Made by a program: the position numbers and the translations under genes | The notes under the pieces: model-generated | Seen by the model: only the letters and a program-made list of their open reading frames with translations | Databases searched by the model: none | What the model was told of the DNA's origin: nothing | Shown here: positions 1 to 13,015 of the stretch, piece by piece | Layout: the number at the start of each line of letters is the position of its first letter | Position numbering within the stretch: the stretch's first letter is position 1 | Source: Octopus sinensis | Lineage: Eukaryota | Direction: 5' to 3' | Assembly (NCBI RefSeq): GCF_006345805.1 | Contig: NC_043003.1 | Span: forward strand, 47,678,001-47,742,000 | DNA length: 64,000 nucleotides

Positions 1-1889
1 ATTGGCTATGCCTATGATCTCATTTGGCTTCACAGGTCTACATAAGCATGTTATATTGCCAAAGGTCTCGGTAACCTGTTATTACTTCCATGAGGTTCAA
101 TGCTCAAACAGTGCTTTTTACGTGCCACTGGCATTGACTATGATTTCAAACTGTAAAATCAGTTGCTACATAATCAAATTATCTCACCTAAGCCTATGTA
201 AGCATGGGAAAATGGCACATTTCAAAAGCAATTTTGCTGAAACATCGAGTTCAGTGGTTGATCTGTGCCTCTTCTCATGCAAGGCTCACAAATCTATTAA
301 CGTTACATTATTAGGTTTCAGGTTTTATTTCTTCTTCATATTAGAACAGATCCACCAATTCTGAGGGAAAGTTACTTGGCTTACTTGAAATAGCCGTGCC
401 AAATATCCCTAATGTTACTCTTTACCATTTGAAAATGAGGCTATATTGGAGAATTTTGTTGTAGACATATAAGATATAAACACTCGTCATTTTCACATCT
501 GCTTCTCCATGTTTGCCTGGGTTAGTGGAGTCCTTTCCAGCATGTTTCACTACTTTTTGATTTCTGTTAAAATCTCTTTCATGAGATTCAACATCTGGAA
601 GTCATCTTTCATCACTTATGCTCATGTCTTCTTTGGTTTCTTTTCTTCCATAGATTTCTTAGATATGGAACTTCTGGCATTTCTTTACCTACCTGTTATA
701 GTTCATGCACATTAATACATGTCTATATCGATGCTGTTATCTCTCTTGCACATTACTAAATCTGATTACTCTTACACCCTGTTTATTTCTCAGTTCGTCC
801 ATACCACATCACCCGTATTCATTAACATTACACATCCAGTGAAGAAGCATGCTTGTTTCATTTCTATCCAACCATCATATATCTTTTTGATCCATAAAAG
901 AATGCAAAAACTCAAACTTGGCAGGAATTGAACTCAGATAATAAAGGTCCTTATCTAAATACCACAAGACATTTTCTCTGACATTCTACCAATTCTGTCA
1001 ATCTATTACCCTGAAGACAAGAGTGATTTTTAACATAGTGTGAAGGCCACAACTTTTAGTAGAAAGGTGTTGTCAATTTAATTGACCCCGGAACTTGACT
1101 CATCAGAACTATCCCCCTCTGGACATTACTATTTTGGATTCTAGGATGTTTAGGACCGGTTATCCAGTTTCCATAGCATTTAATTGACCAACATAAGAAT
1201 GTTCCTTCAGAATGGGATGCCAGTCTGCTGCAGGATTTTTTCCCATCATCAGCTCATAGAGATATTTCTTTATTGATTATTCAAAGACAGAAAAGTAGCC
1301 TCCATAATCTATTTTCAGGGCCTCCAAGACTGGTGGGAGGAAGCTTTTCTCAGACTAGAGACCTGGTTTCATTGCTTGTCACAGAATGAACTCTATTAAG
1401 AGGCATCCATGACCCTGGTAGTGGCATTTAACCAGGCAATAGATTAAGTCTTTCCTCCACTTATTTTATCTACTTAAAAATAAGATAATAATGGTGTCTA
1501 ACTTAGATACAAGGCCACACAAATATGGAAGGCTGTGGATAGAGTAGCTAATATTCACTCCCTAGTATTTGACTGGTGCTTTATCACCCCCCACTCCGCC
1601 TGTCCCATGGAAAGATGAAAAGCAAATCAACACAAGCAAGATTTGAACTCGGAACATTAAAAAACTTAAATAAATACTGGAAAGCATTTTATCTGGTGCT
1701 GTACTGATTGTGCAACCTCTTTAAAAAAATGTGATAATTAGCAAGAAAGATTTTGTTTATTTTATTGATTTCATAAAAACAAATATATAAAATTTCCTCT
1801 CCACACTCTCAGATACTCCTCTTAGTCAAGGGCTCCCTCCTGCTTTTTGCTTTTTTTCTTCTTTATCCTGTCTTACAAGCTACTTGGCA

Positions 1890-2070
1890 ACCTCACTGGT
1901 GCTGAGGGCACAAAAAAACGCATCCAGTATACATTGTAAAGTGGCGGGCATTAGGAAGGGCATCCAACCACAGAGACCATGCCAACTGACATGGAGCATG
2001 ATGCAGCTCTGTGACTCACCGGATCCTGTGTAACCAACCAACTCATGGACATTAATTGATGATGAGCAAC
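1890..2070 (+). mobile_element. RTE LINE 3' UTR fragment (decayed)
   Basis: Contains the gcattaggaagggcatcca motif shared with many other copies in the window and ends in a (GAT)n-like tail. Confidence 0.6.
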
Positions 2071-2199
2071 TGCAATAAGAAATAAGATAATTATAACAAT
2101 AGTAAAATGAAATATATCAAGTAACTACATAGAAGCTGCTTCGATTTAATTTGTTTTTCAGTTTTCTGGTAGTTTTATGTGTACATGGAGGCAGTGGCT

Positions 2200-3590
2200 A
2201 TGGTATGATGTAACAAGTGGGATCAAGGCTGTGTTCTGTAACACAAATGATCCACCATTTGCAATATTAACTTTAGGAAACCAACAAGCGACTTGGTTAC
2301 ATACTACAAACTAGACAGATTTCATTCTCCACAGAAAACAGAATAGACAGATGATTGTGAATGTTTTCTTTCTATGGTGAAAGATGAATAAACTAGTGAT
2401 TATTGATGACCATAAAATAGTGGTTGTTGATTTCAGAATAAGAGTTTGATTGACTCAGAGACATTAGAGATTCAGAGAAGGGAGACATTATCATATTTAT
2501 CACTAGCACCACCAGTACTACCATCATCATCAGCATTTAAGAAAAACCATTGAATATTCAGAGGTTCAGAGAAATAAACTGAAGCATTTGATGAAAGACA
2601 AGAAGAGATGGTGACATATGAAATACATAAACTGCAAGTTCATGCAGTGGTTTGTATGGTTGAGCAATAATCTCACCCAGAGGTTTCACATTCAATCTCC
2701 ACTAAAGTGGGGTTTTAAATAACAGCAGAAGGTCACTATCTAGTTGAGCCTGGCTCCCTTAGAGTGTCAGGAACAAATGCACCAAAACACTTGTTTGATT
2801 CGATTTCTTTCTCTAAAGATTTCTCCTGCTGTTTAATCGTTAATTGTCCACTAAAATAGAAGACAACTGGGAATTCCCACAAGTCAACCTGCTAAGGGCT
2901 ACAAACTTGATTTATGACTTAATCAATCTTCCACCAAGATGTAAAGACATGACAGTGTTATAGTACTGTAGACAGAACCTCAGAAACAGAGTCAGGCCTG
3001 GAAAGACTAGAAGTGAGTGAGTAGTAGAGGACCATACTAGATAACTAAGATAGAAGCTAGTTATTAGGATCAAATATATGGTGTGTACTAGATTGCAGGG
3101 CAGTATACTTAGAATCTAATTGATATGAGAGGTGAGTTGATAATGATTACAGCACGTGTTCTTACTGGAAATGCTCTTATGAGAGGTTTTTGAATGAAGA
3201 TGGTGTATAACAAAAAGAGTTTCTCTAAAGTAAACCCAACAGAGGTGTTACCAGCTGTATAGTAACACAATTCAAGGGATGAAGGTAGGAAAAGTAACTG
3301 GTTCATCAGAAATAGTTGTTGAGGTGCTTAAACTAGCTTCAAGTGTTAGATACAAGCTATTTACATGCAGAGTCATTCAAATGGCACATGAAGTACACTA
3401 CCAAATGATTGGCATACAATTATCATTGTAGATATTGTACAAGTGCAAAGGTTGTGCATTAAAGCGAGGTATCAAGTTGGACCAGGTTATGGAAAGAAGT
3501 ATAACAAAATTGTTGAGGAACAGAATTAGTTGGTTTTGTGCTTGGAAGAGATTCTACTGATGCCATATTTCTAGAGAGATTCAGGCATGG
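2200..3590 (+). mobile_element. Heavily decayed RTE LINE fragments (endonuclease near 2200-2420, RT near 3430-3590)
   Basis: aactttaggaaaccaacaagcgacttggttac resembles [12 protein letters not shown], and ggtatcaagttggaccagg...tctactgatgccatatttc resembles GIKLLDQ...STTDAIF of the intact copy at 59-62 kb. Confidence 0.45.
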
Positions 3591-5191
3591 CTATGTAGTT
3601 GAGGAGCTTACTTTCCAACAAGTGCAGCACCTTGAGGCTTGTGACTTCTACTCTAGCTAGCCCCCGGCCTTATGAGTGGATTCAGAAAACAGAAACTGTC
3701 ATGTAGTATGTGTGTGTGTTTGCATTCTTTTATGACATTTCATGATGGTTGTAAACAAGTGCCACCATCATACAAGCAGTGTAATTCTTTTTTGTTCAGT
3801 ACTTTAGTTTTGTATGTTACAAGACATCGTTAATGCTGTTCATGATAAAATACACCTAATACACTATAAAGTGGTTGGTGAATGAAGCAGAGACACTTTT
3901 AAATAGAAAGGACTCTTTTGTCTAGCAGAGAATATGACAACCTTTCAAGTTCTGGTGCCAATATAAAATGTGCTCAAACACTATAAAGTAGTTAGTGTCA
4001 GAGTACCAAGTTATAGAAACCATGTCAAAAACTGGAATATAAGAACAAACCATGATCCTCTGACTCACCTAAGAGGGCAATATCATTGAAGAAGAACTTA
4101 GACTATGATACCTTATCCAAGCCATGCTAACCTGGAAAGGGATGTAAAATGGTGATAATAATGATGACAATGATATTCAGAAGCATACAGAGTAGGACCA
4201 AATAATTTACAATGTTTAGTTTTGTCATTCTGTGTTCTGAATTAAAATCTTATTTGGATGAACTTCATCTTTCTTCCTTACAAAGTCGATCAAATCAATA
4301 TCTATCATATGCTGATATTAATTCATTCAGTTATAATTGTTCTCTCCACCTTTGCATCCTTATGCTAAAGTAATTATTGCAGTTTGATAGTATTGATGAG
4401 GGACACAACTCCTGTTGATATAACCTCCTGAGTCTGAACGTACATATAGTCCATGGACAATCCAGTGTTTGTCCACTTAGTCAAGTTAATCCTTTCACCA
4501 AATTTAGTGATCAGCTCGGCTGATGCTTAATTCTGTTTCTGTTTTTCTTTATGTGCTGTTAAGCAGCCAAGATGTGACATGTCCTTTGGACAGGATGAGA
4601 GTCTGTCACAAAGCAATAATCAACTTCTTAGTACAAGATATGCTCAAAGTGTTGTACAATGGAATTAACCACACAGTTATGCCTAACTCAAAACATTATC
4701 ATTATTGAGTAAATGAAGGCTTGAAGACGTCAAGGGTTGGATGAAAGATTATTGGAATTAGAAAGGAAAACAGACCTTTGGAGAATAGACCTAACAAAGA
4801 TGACATATCAGCCAGAAGGTTGGTAAGTAATTACAGTCAAGATCTCTATCTCTAGTAGTTGAGCATCCATCATTGACAAAACCAAGAAAGGTTGAAATCA
4901 CATGATCTGGAGGTGGCAGGATTTATCTCCCCACTAACAATATAAACAAAAGTGCATTTCGCACCAAAAGCCATTATGAGAGCTTCTCTCATAGCAACTA
5001 CCGCAGTATAGTTTGTTCTAAGAGAGCATCCACATTTAAGTATATTGAGGATAAATATTATCTCTCAGTTTTAATACTTACTACTTCTGTCACAAATATT
5101 TTTTAACAAAGTCAGGATATATATTGTTTTAACTACAGCTGGAGATTCACATATTAAAGTTGTCTTTAAAATAACAGATCTATGAGAATTT

Positions 5192-5440
5192 GAAGATGGT
5201 AACAGGCTTTACTCTTTTTCTGATTTGACCCCATTTTCTCCTAAATTTTGACACAAATTCTAAATGCATTAAACTACACTGAATAAAATATTAACTTTTT
5301 ATGATATGAACAAATATTTTAGTGAGCAGATGTTTTTTTATGAGAATATAATGTGAATACATACATTTATTTATATGTATGTATGTGGAGAGAGAGAGAG
5401 AGAGATAAAGAGGCATGCATGTGTGTGCGCGTGCACACAC
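5192..5440 (+). repeat. Old duplicated block, copy 1 (partner at 6830-7050)
   Basis: aagatggtaacaggc...gatttgaccccattttctcctaa...acactgaataaaata...gtgaatacat recurs about 1.64 kb downstream with scattered substitutions. Confidence 0.8.
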
Positions 5441-5684
5441 ATATATATACACACACACAATCACATGTGTGACACAAGAACTTAAACCATTCAGAAGCTA
5501 TATTAACTATATGTGACCACTCTTACTACACAGTGTAGATTACTTTATCTTGAAAAGTATGTTAAGATTATTTGATTAGTAATTAGATTATAAAAATTCC
5601 CACTTTTATCAGATGTTGTATAATTGAGATTCAGACTTTCTGGATTTAGGTAGATGCATGTATTGTAGTAAAGTGTATGTTTAA

Positions 5685-6110
5685 CTCTTTAGTGTTTAAG
5701 CTGGCCAAAATATTTCTGTTTTATGCTCAAACTGATTAGATTCAACTTCTCACACTTACCCTACAATGTCATTTTAAAAATAAACAATCACATCATTGAC
5801 ATGTCAGAGCTACAAGATAATAAATTATTAATTCAAAGCAATGTGAGTAAAGAAGCTTTACATTTCACAGAGTCAGTGGCTGTGGCAGCTTTATCTTGTA
5901 TCTGAGAATTTATTTTCTCCTTTGCTGAATGCTTCCTTTGTGGTGATGTCGTTGATGACTCTGTAGATCAATTCTTGCAGAGAAGAGTTGATGGCATTGA
6001 CTTCATGGTAATGTTGGTGGAGAACAAGGTTGATTTTTGTCTAGCTTTCCTCTCTCGTCAATTGATTCCTTCCTTTGCTCTTCTGGCAGAGTAATCTGAA
6101 TGCTAAAGGG
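5685..6110. mobile_element. piggyBac-like MITE carrying a ~210-bp insertion
   Basis: TTAA|CTCTTTAG...CTAAAGGG|TTAA termini with flanking TTAA. The insert at 5874-6086 lies between direct CAGAGT repeats. Confidence 0.65.
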
Positions 6111-6284
6111 TTAAATCTAAATCAGAGACTTGTGAGAAAAAGTAGCCACCTACTATTATCTCATACCCTACTGTTTTAACTATAGGAATGGTGGATTGTG
6201 TAATGTAGTCCTAAATACACTGTTTGAAAGAAGACAAGATGTGAAGGCTTTGATTGGAAAAGTAGTTAATTAATTTTAGAAGCA

Positions 6285-6560
6285 ATCAGTGCTGGTGCCA
6301 TGTAAAAAGCATCCAGTCCACTCTGTAAAGTGGTTGGCATTAGAAAAGGCATCCAGTAGTAAAAAGTATGCCAAACAGACCCTGCTGGTGTTGGTGCCAC
6401 ATAAAAACCACCCAGTGGCTGGTGTCAGGAAGGGAATTCAGCTGTAAAAACCATGCCAAAACAGACAGTAGAGCTTTGTGCAGTCCTTTAGCTTGTCAGG
6501 ACCTACCAAACTGCTCATCCCATGCCAGCATGGAAGTGGAATGTTAAATGATGAAGATAA
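6285..6560 (+). mobile_element. RTE LINE 3' UTR fragment
   Basis: Duplicated ggtgccatgtaaaaagcatccag units, the ttggcattagaaaaggcatccag motif and a GAT tail. Confidence 0.65.
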
Positions 6561-6829
6561 TGATATCACTAATATATATACTATCTTCATAATTCCATGA
6601 AATCACTATGCCATACAATTATTTCTCTTCATAAGCCAACAAGAGAACCTCTAAGCCAGGTATGGGCAAATTCTTTGATAATTAGCTCACATGAGACATG
6701 GCTTGTTATCAGGCACATTGTAAAACTAAATAATTTTAATAAATGTTATTTTCCCCATAAAAATAGGTATGCCATTCAAAATATCCATTTGGCTGTATGC
6801 TGCCCATGGCTGCTCTTTGCTGTCATTTA

Positions 6830-7050
6830 AAGATGGTAACAGGCATTACTCTTGTCCTGATTTGACCCCATTTTCTCCTAAGTTTTAACACAAATTCTAA
6901 ATGCATTAAGCTACACTGAATAAAATACTTTTTGTGATATGTACATATATTTTAGTGAGCATACGTCAGTTTTATGAGAATATTATGTGAATACATTTAG
7001 TTATATGCATGTATGTGGAGAGAGAAAGAGGAGCATGTGCACACACACAC
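6830..7050 (+). repeat. Old duplicated block, copy 2
   Basis: Aligns by eye to 5192-5440. Confidence 0.8.
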
Positions 7051-8844
7051 ACAGAGTAGTTAAATGCTTTCATACCACACCTGCTATCTATATATTGAAC
7101 AGCATAGTTCTTGATATACAAAAGGTCAGGATAGTCATAGCTGAAATGACTTTGGTCATTGTTTTGTTCAACCAGTGTTGACCAGGGGCTAAACAACAAC
7201 TGCAACTGCATCCACTTCTCACCAAAATACAATAACCTAATAAGAGAGGAGTTTTCTATGTAACTGTTTTAACTAGCAAAAACTAACTGTGAAATTTCCC
7301 TCAAATTACATTCTATCTGCTTTCAAAGGAAGAATGTTCTATAGTCTGATTGTCATTCAGAAAATTAGGGACATGGTTTGTGAAATGAATGGATTGGAAA
7401 AATTCTGCGACCCATGAACAAAAGTACCATCAGCAAGGTGAGGATTAAAGAATTCAGTGAGGAATTTAGTATGCAGGCTGGTGTAAAAGAGGAAATAGAA
7501 AGCAGCAATATGTCACATAAAAGAAAAACAGCAATCACAGCTAAAAGTACAAAGGATAGAATACAAAAAAGAGAGGAAAGTGTACAGTAAAAATCCATTA
7601 AGAAGAAAGTGCACACAAACATGTAAAAAGTAACATTAGCAAATTTCAAAAAGCATTGAAATTTTTTTCAGAATACAGTGTCCTGACAGCTAACAACTGA
7701 TGTGAGTAGTCTATTCCAAGCTTTCACAGTTCTGTGTATGTTTCTGAAAGTTATGATAGCTGCTCTGTTTGTGATTTTATTTGCGCATCCTTTGGTGGAA
7801 GTAATATTGAATTCAAAAAGATGGTCAAAGTTGTTGGAAATATGTTGGATAATCTCAAGCATTTCTACCAAGTCATCTGCTAGGTATCACATTGCAAGAA
7901 AGATCTGGGAGCATATAGGAGCTGTCTTATTTATTTCAAGGTACATATAATGTTGCTTATGTATTGTAATACAGTCACATGCTTTAAGTTGTCATCTGTT
8001 TTGTTAATATTTACAGTAAGCAATAGAAAACAAAAAGCATGTCCCTACAAGACCTTAAATGTCATTGTATAGGGTTCAAAATGTAGCCCCAGTATTGTGA
8101 ATACCTAGCTTCAACTGAGAAAGAAAGGACTTCAACTAGGTGCAAAGGTTAACCTTCATGCCCATTGTAGAGAGCTTCACCATAAGTCACTTGTGTGACC
8201 CAGGCAAAGACTCTGATGAAAGTGAGGTAGATAATATGCATCCATACATACATCGTGCACACAAGCATGCATATATGTATGGATTACTATGTGGCTGCAA
8301 TTCTACCAGGGAATTTTAGATGGCAGAAGGTACTATATGCACTGGTAAGGTTAGTTCTCATTGGTTAAAGCTACCCATGTAATTAGACATGCTGCATTCA
8401 GCAAAATATCCATCCTTAGACTACTGTGTATCATATGAGGTAACTCATGGGCATTATCTTGAAGAGAAATTGTCCAGTTGTTGCCATTTGCAGAGATTCC
8501 TGTTGCAACACTGAGTAATTGCATTTTGATGGTAACAACTCTGAATTGCCTCTCTTTATTGCACATGATGTGCTGTAGTTCAGAAACAGAGGCTTTGCTG
8601 ATTGCAACAATCCAATCCTATCATCAGCCGAAACAATAAAACCCAACCTAGCAAGAACACCTAATATCTTCAGCCATCTCACAATTCCCAAACAGCCGCA
8701 TATCTCATATATGTGACTCTATGAAACCTGAAGTGATGATAGTGTGAATTCACTGACTTTTCCAACGAATATAAAGTCTACTTCAGATTTTGAATGCTAT
8801 TTTCTTCCATTTGTAAACACACACACACACACACACACACAAGT

Positions 8845-9090
8845 GCAGTTATGGTTGTAAGGTGAGAAGTTTGTTTATAAACCATATGGTTTCAGGTTCA
8901 GTCCCACTCCATGGCACCTTCAGAAAGCTTTCTGCTATAGCTCTGTGAGTGGAAGTAGAGGGGAAACCAAAAAAAGCCTACTTTGTGTGTGTGCATGTGC
9001 GTATGCATGTTTGTGTTTGTGTGTGTGTGTGAATGCATGCGTTTGTATGTGTCTGTCTGTGTGTGTTATTATCTCCTTGTCTTGACTATG
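8845..9090 (+). mobile_element. tRNA-derived CORE-type SINE, decayed
   Basis: Matches the head and core of the intact copy at 55834-56240. Confidence 0.6.
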
Positions 9091-9364
9091 TGTGATAGTT
9101 GTAAACGAATGTCACTGTCATTTAAGCAGTGTCCTTCATTTCAAACCTGCTGTGAAAACATGCCTGATCACGAAGGAATATTACTTTTTGTGTAAAGAAG
9201 TACCAATCTCTAACTATGGAGGGAACCAGCAGATGTGTGGGACAAAATAATGAAATATGATCTTTGGATGTTGAGTCTGATGGGAGTGATGACAAGTGAC
9301 CAAGTCTTTTGGCAATTTGCTGTGCTTGAGAAGACATGTCAAGTATTGTAAAATTCTAGTCATG

Positions 9365-9575
9365 GCCAGTACTGGGAGCACATAAAAGACACCAATGCCA
9401 GTGACATGTAAAAGACACCTAGTACACTCTATGGAGTGGCTGGCATTAGGAAGGGCATCCAGTCATAGAAACCAAGCCAAAACAGACAGGAGCTTAGTGC
9501 ATATCTTTGACTTACCAGTTCTAGTCAAACTGTCTAAACCAGCGTGGAAAACAGATATCAAAAGATGATGATGAT
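9365..9575 (+). mobile_element. RTE LINE 3' UTR fragment
   Basis: ggcattaggaagggcatccag...gatgatgatgat tail. Confidence 0.65.
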
Positions 9576-10315
9576 TATTGGAAACAGGTGATGACTGGTG
9601 ACAGGGTGGACTGTGAACTATAGGAAATATGCCTCAACAAATTCTATCCAACCTATGTGAGCAAGGAAAAGTGAACATTAAAATAATGATGATGATAACG
9701 ATGATAATGGTGGTGATGATGATGATGATGATATATCTGTTTATAGTGGTTGAGGTAGATGCCATCAAACTGGCAGAGTCATTTGAGAACTACATAGAAT
9801 ACTTTGTTGGTAATTGTTCTGGCTCTCTTCCTTAATATCAGCTTCCTCCAAGGTCGACATACCCTTTCATCAGTTTTAGAGGTGATAAAATAGAATATCA
9901 GTCAAATACAAAAGGAGACAAATCATTTTCTCTCTTTCTCTTTCTTCCTCTCTCTTTCTCTTTCTTCTTTTCTGTTTCTCCCTCTCTCTTTGTCTATCTC
10001 TCCCTCCTCCCTCTCTTTTTCAAGTTTTCAGTATTGAAAAAGTGATTAATTAAAAGTGATTAATTGGCACAAGTGCCAATCAGGTGGTACTGTCATCAAT
10101 TATGACAACGATTTCACTTGCCTCAACAGGTCTTTGCAAGCATAGTTTATTATCCAATGATTAACGGGTACTCTTAAATGGGCTGGTTATGCAGCACTGG
10201 CATAAGCCACGGTTATGGTCTCACTTGGCTTGCCGGGTCTTCTCAGTTACAGCATATATATATATATATATATACACATATGTATGTATATATATGTGTG
10301 TATGTGTATATATAT

Positions 10316-10510
10316 ATGACCGCGTGTGTACCGTTGGTGATTTTTTTCCCTCCGTCTTCCCTTCTTTGGATCTTTCCTTTTCCTATGTTTCTGACAAAGA
10401 GCTCCGCTCGAAACGTTAAACCCTCCTTCTTTCCCTCTATCCTGAGCGTCCAATAATACTATACTTGTTCCACGTCCTCGCGTTGTTGTGTTTTCATGTT
10501 TGGATTAACT
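10316..10510 (+). mobile_element. Small Penelope-like LTR-type element with a minimal hammerhead motif, flanked by (TA)n
   Basis: CpG-rich ~190-bp island between two (TA)n tracts, containing GTTT-CTGACAA-A-GAGC-TCC-GCTC-GAAACGTT-AAAC. Penelope affiliation is inferred from the motif type. Confidence 0.5.
10387..10421 (+). ncRNA. Type I minimal hammerhead ribozyme motif (core G8>A, probably impaired)
   Basis: Stem I GUUU/AAAC, core CUGACAA (consensus CUGANGA), stem II GAGC/GCUC, GAA, palindromic stem III ACGU, GUU triplet. Confidence 0.6.
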
Positions 10511-10511
10511 T

Positions 10512-10542
<31 letters not shown>

Positions 10543-10546
10543 CACA

Positions 10547-11486
10547 CAGGGTGCGTAAGGTATCTGAGGACATACCTTTTTTTGGGTCATTGCTGCATTT
10601 TTTGAGCATAGCAATTTAGAAATATCTGAATTTTTAAAAGTTGTCAGATCTTCATCTACATAGTTTGTAAGGAGTTAGAGACTGAAGATGGAAATGTGTC
10701 ACCAATATCAAAACAGAAAAGCATTTTAAATGCTCTGAAATCATCAGAACTCCTGAAATTATCCAGCAAGTTCAACAGACCATTGATTACAATCCCAGAA
10801 GGTCAATTGCAAAAGATCTTCATGTGTCAGAAGGAACAGTTAGAAATGTTGCCCACGAAGTCTTATATGATGAGGAAAGGTCAGTTTGTAAGCAAAAAAG
10901 CTAAAGTAAATGACTATATCAGATCTCAAAGGATCCTAAACAAACTGGAAAATCTGGCAGAGGAAGATTTGATTTGGCTAAAAAATTTTCATGATCACAT
11001 AACTCTTAACATTTAGCCTCCTAATTCCCCAGATCTCAATCTGAGTTTCTACAGCTGGATGCCCTTCCTAATGCCAACCACTCCGAGAGTGTAGTGAGTG
11101 CTTTTATGTGCCACCGGCATGAGAGCCAGTCAGGTGGTACTGGTATCGACCATGCTCAAATGGTCCTTTTTATGTGCCACCTGCACAGGAGCCATTGTTG
11201 AGAGAGAGGTCAATGAACATGCCCATAACAAGAAAGATTCTTTGAAAGCTGCCATAGTCAGAGTAATGTCCAAAATGAACCAGGACCAGTTAATTCTAGT
11301 AGGTAGATGATTTAGATCTCATATAGAAGCAGTTGTTGAAGCTGAAGGTGGCTTTATTAAATAATATTATAGAAAAGAACGTTTATTTTTATCCTCATAG
11401 CATTTTTTGAGAAATATAGTTATCTTTTGTTATATATGTTTTTTTTTATAAACATAAATCTGTCTTCAAATATCTTACGCACCCTG
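10547..11486 (+). mobile_element. Internally deleted Tc1/mariner-superfamily (maT-like) transposon with an RTE 3' fragment inserted at ~11040-11195 (minus strand)
   Basis: TIRs CAGGGTGCGTAAGGTATCTGA / TTCAAATATCTTACGCACCCTG|TA. Remnant peptides RTPEIIQQVQ..IAKDLHVSEGTVRN, PPNSPDLN and VEREVN..KDSLKAAI..EAVVEAEGG. Confidence 0.8.
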
Positions 11487-11502
11487 TAGATATATACATA
11501 TA

Positions 11503-11557
<55 letters not shown>

Positions 11558-11920
11558 ATGTATAGGTAAATATGAGTATATGTATGTTTGTGTATACATG
11601 TTTGTATAGCTTGTGTAAGTTTTTTTTTTTTTATCAAGCATGTATATATCTCCCAATAAACATTCAAGGCACGCTTTCTTGTTTTTACAAACTTATGTCA
11701 ACATATGATTTTTCTGGATTTTCCTTTTCTGGGAATCACTCATTGAATATGTTGTGTCTTACTTCTTTATATTCATTTATATTTACATTCAAGTATTGCA
11801 AGGCCTAACCCTTCTTTCAAATTTGAGTGTCTTAGCTCTGTGATGTCTATGACTAAGTGTTAAGAAGTGTACAAGGTTACTTTCATGATTTGAACAGTGA
11901 TTGTGTCTTTGGACTGTTAA

Positions 11921-12130
11921 TGCTTTAGCATTTAAACCGGCCATATCATGCCCAAATTTTCTACCTGTTTAACATTCAAACTAGCCAGATCCAGCCTCTC
12001 ACACTTACCCAACCATGTCATTCAAAAAAATTTTTAAATCATAGCACTGGAATCTTGAACCTGTGTGAGATAGTGCATTATTAATTCCAAACAATGTGAA
12101 TAAATAAACATTACATTTGACAGAATAATC
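11921..12130. mobile_element. piggyBac-like MITE, second copy, truncated by a SINE
   Basis: TTAA|TGCTTTAGCATTTAAAC start. The interior is similar to 5685-5873. Confidence 0.55.
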
Positions 12131-12530
12131 TGGCTGTATGGTTAAGAATTTCCGTTTGCAAACATGGTTTCAAGTTCAGTTCCATTGCGGGGCACCTTAA
12201 GCAAATGCCATTTAATGTAGTCTCAGGCAAACCAATGCCTTGTGAATGAATTTGGTAGAAGGAAACTATGGAGGCCCATCTGTGTGTTTGTGTATGTGCA
12301 TGTGTGTGTCTTTTTGTTTATGTTTGTGTTTGTTCTTCCCCATTACTTGACTATCAATGTTGACTTGTTTACATTCCCATAACTTAGCAGTTCAGCAAAA
12401 GAGTGCGATAAAAAAAGTATCAGACACGAAAATAAGTACATGGGTTGATTTGTTTGATTAAACCATTCAAAGCTGTGCTTTAACATGGCTGCAGTCAGAT
12501 TACTAAAACTAGTAAAATATAAAAAATAAA
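12131..12530 (+). mobile_element. tRNA-derived CORE-type SINE, decayed
   Basis: Colinear with 55834-56240 (head, ggcacctt..gcaa core, TG spacer, 3' tail). Confidence 0.7.
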
Positions 12531-12552
12531 AGATACTCATCCACACAAATAT

Positions 12553-13015
12553 ATGTGGTCAGTAAGTATCTAGACTGTTGCTATAGTAACAAAACTAAGG
12601 TATGAAGATTGAAGCCACTTGGCACAGATGGACCTTGAACTCTGCTGTGCATGTGCACTAAGTTTCAATGTTTTAGCTTACTTCCACTATTTACTGCAGT
12701 GCTTGGAAGGAAGGTGCATAGTGTGCAATCATCACATTGACCATGATAGAGAAAGTTGAGCAGAGAATCTGCATCAAATTTTGCCAAGAGCTTGATGATA
12801 CCTGCTCAGAGGCCTATGCAAAGTTTTCAAAAAGTTTTCATCATTCTCAGCACAATTAAGGATATCTTGTGCAACTGAAACCTGAGTGCCTTTTTGGTCA
12901 GCTGAAAGCAGTTTTAGCACAAATTTGGCAGACGCACATATCATATCCAAAGCTTCAGTGATACTCAACTGAACTGAATCGTAACTAATCTGCACATCCT
13001 CTGATAACTCAAGGG
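12553..13015. mobile_element. Mariner-derived foldback element (two 5' ends), truncated by an RTE
   Basis: Left TIR plus MIEKVEQRICIKFCQEL on +, fused to a minus-strand transposase segment (..DQKGTQVSVAQDILNCAENDENFLKT). Same junction as 45322-46188. Confidence 0.75.

Noticed and set aside
2-931. ORFs 2-364, 509-715 and 719-931 as host genes
   Set aside because: They have no recognisable motifs or splice structure, have low-complexity composition and overlap decayed repeat sequence.
1205-1255. Hammerhead on the minus strand (CTGATGA followed by a TGGGA/TCCCA stem)
   Set aside because: There is no GAAA after the stem and no stem I or stem III complementarity.
8590-8640. Hammerhead at cagccgaaacaataaa
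   Set aside because: Only the GAAAC half is present, with no correctly placed CUGANGA.
10696-11016. 106-aa ORF as a protein
   Set aside because: It is largely an off-frame reading of the frameshifted maT/Tc1 transposase remnant.
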